Assembly: GCA_016206685.1 (NCBI GenBank)
Contig: JACQRB010000014.1
Coordinates: forward strand, 9,152 to 73,151
DNA length: 64,000 bases
Reading direction: 5' to 3'
From: Candidatus Omnitrophota bacterium
Lineage (GTDB): Bacteria; Omnitrophota; Gorgyraeia; Aquiviventales; Aquiviventaceae
How positions within the stretch are numbered: position 1 is the first letter of the stretch; the number at the start of each line of letters is the position of its first letter. The translations under genes were made by a program, and so were the position numbers. Of this stretch, positions 56,401 through 62,400 are shown piece by piece. A model generated the notes under the pieces. That model was not told the DNA's origin and made no database searches. It saw nothing but the letters and a program-made list of their open reading frames with translations.

Positions 56401-59400
56401 CGGACGCGCCGACCTATCTGATTCTTCTGACCACCGCAGAGCTGATTGCCGCCGTGCTGTCCCGCCCCGAGCCAGGCGGCAAGGGCATCACGCGCCGCCA
56501 GATACTCAGGTCTGCGCTGCTACTAGGAGGGGCAAGGCTACTGGGGCTGCGTTCGCAGGCTCGTGCCGCAGAGCCGCCGCAGAATCCCGCCGACGCGCAA
56601 GCGATTCTGGCTCGCATCGTGACGCCCCAGCGGCGCCGTGCCATCGAGCGAGCGGCGCGTCTGTTGGACGTGGAGCCGGAGCTGATTGAAGCCTTCCTTA
56701 TCGAAGAGGTTCTGTATCGCGAATCAAAGAGTAGATGGGGTCGGTGGTTAGCGGATACGAAAGACCTACTTTCCTCACGGGCGAGCCGGGGGGTGATGCA
56801 AGTTAGGATGGACACGATCCTTGGGACAAAGACAACCAGCCGGCATCTCTTGACATTCTTGAAAGAGCTGCGAGCGTTTGGCGAAGACGGGGAACCGCGC
56901 ACTGACGAAGAGCGGGACGCCCGGGAGGCGCTTCGCGAAGTCATGACGGCGTGGGACACGTATGAGACTGTGGCGAAACCATTAGGGAAGAAGCTGAAAG
57001 ACTATCTCTACGAGTCAGTTGCCAAGCTGCTGCTCTACGACCGGTTCAATATCCTGGCAGGGGCGTTCGTCATGCGTATAAAAGCCGGGCAAGATGGAGC
57101 GGCAAACAAGGACAAGGGTCCCAGGATCCACTCACGCCACTGGAAGGCGGAGACGCTCGAGCGGGTGGCGAAGTTCTATTCGGGCGCAGAAAAATCAAAC
57201 CGCGGCAAGCATAAGCTGGCGTGGTACCGGATCCTGAAGCCGGAAGCTCCGAGCCGTCAACGGGTGCCGCAGAAGCGGAAGGTCAGCGTCCCGGACGCAA
57301 CGGGTAGAGCAGCAGTCGAAAGCGGCCTGATCCTGGCGACGGACTGGAAGGGGCGCAAGGAGGACGAGCTCAAGCAGCTTGATGAGCGGATGGGGCTCAC
57401 GCCGGAACGGCTGAAGAAACTCCGGGTGCTGAATGCCAACCTGAAGCAGGTCATGTGGGAAGTTCTGCAGATGTATAAGCATGCGCCTAACCAGAGATAC
57501 CATGTGGAGAGTTTCGCCTTCTTCGGCAGCATCGTGACAGCTTCGCCGGAGGAGTTCCTACGTCGCTTGGATGATCCGGAGCATGATGAGCACGGTCTGC
57601 CGACGCACGACGTGGACGTCGCCGTCAATGTGACCCCTCGCGACAATGTTCCCGTGCAACGATATCAGCCAATCTGGTACAGGCGGCGCCGCATCAACGT
57701 GGTGACGTCTGGGGTGACGGGAGGGGGTCCATCCGCACTCCTGGACGTGAAGCGGTTGGAAGCTTCCGAGAATTACCTGCTCGAGTTCCTGCGCGAGCGC
57801 GTCGCCAGCCTCTCGCCGGAGGAGCGCCTGGCGCTTTTCGATAGAACGGTGCTCGACAAGGTGGCTGACGAACTCATTGCCCACTGGAAGCGACAAGAAA
57901 AAGACGGGAAGCCGTTACTCGCCCTGCAGATGGGTCTGGCTACGAGCCCTGGTCTCACCGACAGAGAATCCAAAGCGCTCATCGTCTCTTTGCGCAAGCA
58001 GGAGGAAGCCATCGTCCAGATTCTCATGGATATCTATCGGGCTCGGGAGCGCGACAAACTCGGGTGGGAAATGGAGGGACCGTTGACGCAGGTGTTGCAT
58101 GAGCGCGTGCGCCAGGAAATCAGCCGGGAACTCGCAATGAGTTGGCTCGAACGAAGCCCTGACGCGGTCAACGTCGCCTCTCAAGACTATGTCCGGCAGA
58201 TTGATCAAGATGATGCGCTCCGTCCGATGCTGACCACGGTGATTTCGCGGTCTGAGAATGTCAAAGACCGATTGGAAGCGCTCGCGCTCATCATGAATAC
58301 GATGCAGGACAGACAATCGCGGGGAGTCGATGTGTTTGAGCCGCTTTGGGACAACATGATGAAGGAACTCCTGTCGCAAGGCGTCGCTCAGTTGAATCCG
58401 CAAGACATCGCGATGGCAGAGCTCATCCGGCTCGAAATCTTTGCAAGCCTCTTGGCTCGCGCCAGAACCCTCAATAGTTCGGAGGCCACGACCGTTCAGG
58501 CAACATTCGGGGTGGCCTTTGCCGCGGCGTTTGCCCCGAAGCTCCTCAGTGTCCTGGGATTGAGTGCGCCCATCATCCCCATGATGGCGTGGCCCGTGGC
58601 GTTCCTGGCGCTAGGATATGGCATCTGGTTCAAGCGGGCCCTCTTTGGTCAGATTCACCAGGCAGTCAGGGGCTGGTTGGGTAGACCGCCGGTCGTTTCG
58701 GGCAAGCTGGATGTTGACGCATTGGCCAGGGAGGTCACTGACTCTCTGGATCTGATCGAGCGAGGGACCATCGAGTTGTTTAGTCTCAAGGAGATGGATG
58801 AGGAAGGAGCACGGGCAGCCGCCGCAGCCTACGGCTTGGCTCTCGAGGCACTGCGCAACAGCATCATCGGGGCATTGAAGCGGGACAGACGGCCTTATGA
58901 CGACAAGATCGTTGATGCGATCCAAGAGCGCGCTGTGCAACTCCTGCGGCCTGGATCTGTTGTCTCGCAGGAGACCGGAGAGCGCTTGCCAAGTTCAGCC
59001 AACGGATGGCGGACGCTCCATTCCTGGCTCGTGCCGCTGGTGGGGGCTGGGCTCCTTTCCCTCTACGGCTTCGGCGGGGACTTCTCGTGGGGCTTGGTGG
59101 GGCTGACGCTGGCGATGCTTGGCGGGCTGGCGGCGGTGAGCTACTTGGCTTCGACGGCTTCGAGCCGGCTTGCGAACTTCTTCAGGTCGTCCCGCAGCAG
59201 TTTGACTTGGAGCTCAAGGGCTTCAAGCTTCTTCTCGATGTCAAAGCTGCACGTCTTGAGGACAGACGTGTCATTTTTCAGCCGGTCGATCTCATCGGTG
59301 TTTTTGCGGCCAATCAGCTTGAGCAGATCAATATCTTCGACCATCTGGTTGACCTTCGGTTCCATTCGCTCCACAGACTTGCGAACCCCTGAGAGTCCTT

Positions 59401-62400
59401 CACCAAATGTCCGAAACTCTCCACGTAACTCTTCCAGCAGGGCGTTGGTCCGCCCGGATTCAGCGCTTGAAGACGGCTTGCGTGCAGGGGACATTACTTC
59501 TTCTCCTTCTAGTTCTAGGCCTTTAGACATACACCACCAGCAATCACGTGTCAATCCGAAATTCTTGGGCCTGCTCCTGCGACAGATTGCGGCTGGGCTG
59601 CGCAGCCTCTGGGCCGGCAAGGTGAGCCCGGCTCACGCACCGCCACAGCCACAGGTTCGCTCCTGGATCAGCCGCATCAGACCGCTCATCATCTCCTTCT
59701 TTGTCATTGCCACGACGCTCTTCCTGCCGACCCTTGGCTGGGCTGGCACCTACGTTGTCCGGCAAGGCGACAGCCTCTGGCGCATCGCCAAAGCACAGCT
59801 TGGCGATCCCCTGCGCTGGACTGAAATTCATCAAGCCAATCCGGCGATTATCAATCCGGACCTCATCTTTCCAGACCAACCGATTACCATTCCTGAACCG
59901 TCCGGGACCTCAGACGCCATCACCCAGCTGGCTGGTCAGCCAGCCGGTGGAGAACAAGCGCCGTTTGGACCGCAGAGCGTGCCTGACACAGGAGGTCTGG
60001 CCGACCTGATCACGCAAGCCATCCAGGCTCATCCGGATGTGTTGCTGGCCATCGGCGCCGTCGGACTTGCATGGCTCGGCTATGTCGCCTACCGCTGGTG
60101 GACCCGCCGCCCATCGAACCCCTCTCTCTCGCGTGATCTGCAAATTCGCTGGCTCTGGATGACGTTTGGATTCCGGCAATTCCTGAAAGAGCTGCGACCG
60201 CGATTCAACACAGCCTTCGTGGCATTACTGCTCTACGTGCTGACCAGTTTCAACGGGGTGTTAGTGGCTGCCTTCGCAGGCGCATTGTCTTCGACTAAAC
60301 CCGCAGCTCAAACAGGTCAACTGCAACGCTCGCCGCTACCAGACTTCACGTCTTCTCCGTTATTTATCGCTCCCACCCTCGAGGAGATCAAGTACTACGG
60401 CGATCTGCGCAAAGCCATAGGCAAGGTGGAAGAATCCAAGCGCTGGGTCGCCCTCATGGAACGGCTGTGGACGAAGACGGACGGCACGCGCTTCATGTTG
60501 ACTTCATTGAAGGAAGGAGAACTCTACACACCGGTTCCGGTCGAAGGTGCGGATGGTCCGGACAAACAGTTCGTGACCACGAAGCGGTTCATGGACTTCG
60601 TGCGGGATGAGAAGACGGCGTCCCGAGTCTATGCCGCCCCCTCTATCCCGGGACCGCTCGACCTCGCGAAGATCAAGGAAGACTGGCGCCAGATCACCAA
60701 CCCGCGCGAGCTGGAGCGGGCTCACGAGAAGCGAGAGCGGCTGTACGTGGTCTTCACCTGGCGGGAAGCCGACGGCACGCTGAAGGAAGGCCTGCTGGAA
60801 GCCGGCAAGCTCGCCGCCGAGGACACCGAGCGGCTCTCCAAGGCGTTTCTCAACGGGTTGTTTCTGTCGAGCCAATTGCTTGACGTGCTTGCCATCAGCA
60901 ATCCCCAGGCGCAAGCCAAGGAAATCAAGGCACGGTTTGGCATAGATATAGATGTTGAGGTAGGGAAGCAACCCTATGCCGCGGTGGACGTCAAGCGGGA
61001 TGAGCTGGGCAACATCACTCAGGTGGTTGGATTCTATCGGGACGATGACATTGAGGTGGAGCCGAATTGGGAGACTAAGCGGGCTGAGCTCATCCTCAAG
61101 GAGAAGGACGGGAATAAGAGCCCGCTCAAATTCTGGCCACTTAACAAGGACGAGATGGGGCTGACGTTCGCCAGGAAAACGCCGAATGAGATCGAGCGCG
61201 AGATAGGCGTGAGAGCAGGCAAAGAGTACGAAGGGGAGCGGTATGACCTCGAGAAGGACGGTGAGCCATTGGCGCGAGGCGAGATCATCCTCGGTCAAAA
61301 CTTCCTTGAGTCGCGGCTGGTGGATAACAAGATGGCGCAACTCCTCCTGCACGTGCAAATGGAGTCGTTGCTGCACTCCGTGGACTTTTTGGAGAAGCGA
61401 AGGGTCCTGGACCTGATCCTGGTGCCCATCAATATCGGTTTGGCTGTGGCGGGGAAGGGCGTGCCGATTCCCATTAGCAACATCGCCCGGATGGCTTTTG
61501 AAGCCCTGTATCATGACAAGCTGAAAGCTGCGACCCCCACGCCGGAGCAACAGGTGGAGTTCTTTGCACAATTCTTGATGGTTCGGCAGAAAGCACAGCG
61601 GGCTGGTCAGCGATTGAGCGACGACGAATTCGCACGCGAGAGTGAAACCGCCAAGGAGCAGTGGGCTGCGCTCAAGCCCGAGGAGCAATCCCGTCTGCGC
61701 GACGACGCCAAGACGTATCTGGTGGAGCGCTTCAGCGACTTCGATGACGAGCGGTTCTTCCATTTTGTCAGAGCCCAACGGACCGAGCAGACCGCGCGCT
61801 TCCTTCTGAACGCCTTCACGCTGTTTGCGGATATCGCCGGGGCAGTCCTTGAGCAGGACACCGTCAAAGTGCGGGGGGGATTCAAAGGGACCCAGCAGAT
61901 TGTGTTTGACCAGCCCAGGTTTAAGCTGGCGGTGGATATCCTCCGCGCGAAATACCTCTCCCTCACCGAGGTCAACCTTGGTCAGCTCATCTCCCTGGCG
62001 GCGACCGGTCGCCAACTGAACCTGATGAGCGTCCGCGAATTCGGTCGCGGGTCATTCCTGAATACGTTCTTCAGCGCGGTGAGCTTGAGGCCTGACACCC
62101 TGAGCGTGGTCAATGCGCTCCACAAGGCGTTCGCCCCGCCTGAGACGGCTTGGCAGAAAGTGTTTGAGACGTCGCCAAGCACCCCGCGCTTCATTGTGGA
62201 GCTCTTCGGCTTTCCCATCCAGACTTTCTCGGAGCTCGCCCTGAAGAAGGACGTGTTGCGGGCGATGTCCGAGTCGCATGCGTACGAAGTGACCGACGGG
62301 TGGTTCTCGTCCTCAGTCACCCCATACACGCAAGAGCGGTTCGAGCATCTTGACAAGATCCCCATTGGTAAAGTGATTCAGCTCGAATCGGGACAGCAGG

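Noticed and set aside
60504-62015. 503-aa minus-strand ORF inside the giant-ORF region, the longest ORF the track reports there.
   Set aside because: Its translation is L/R/H/G/P-rich with no motifs, no SD and no promoter. The opposite sense frame is protein-like and continuous. Only the two islands at 52.5-52.85 kb and 59.14-59.55 kb have real gene signals on the minus strand.
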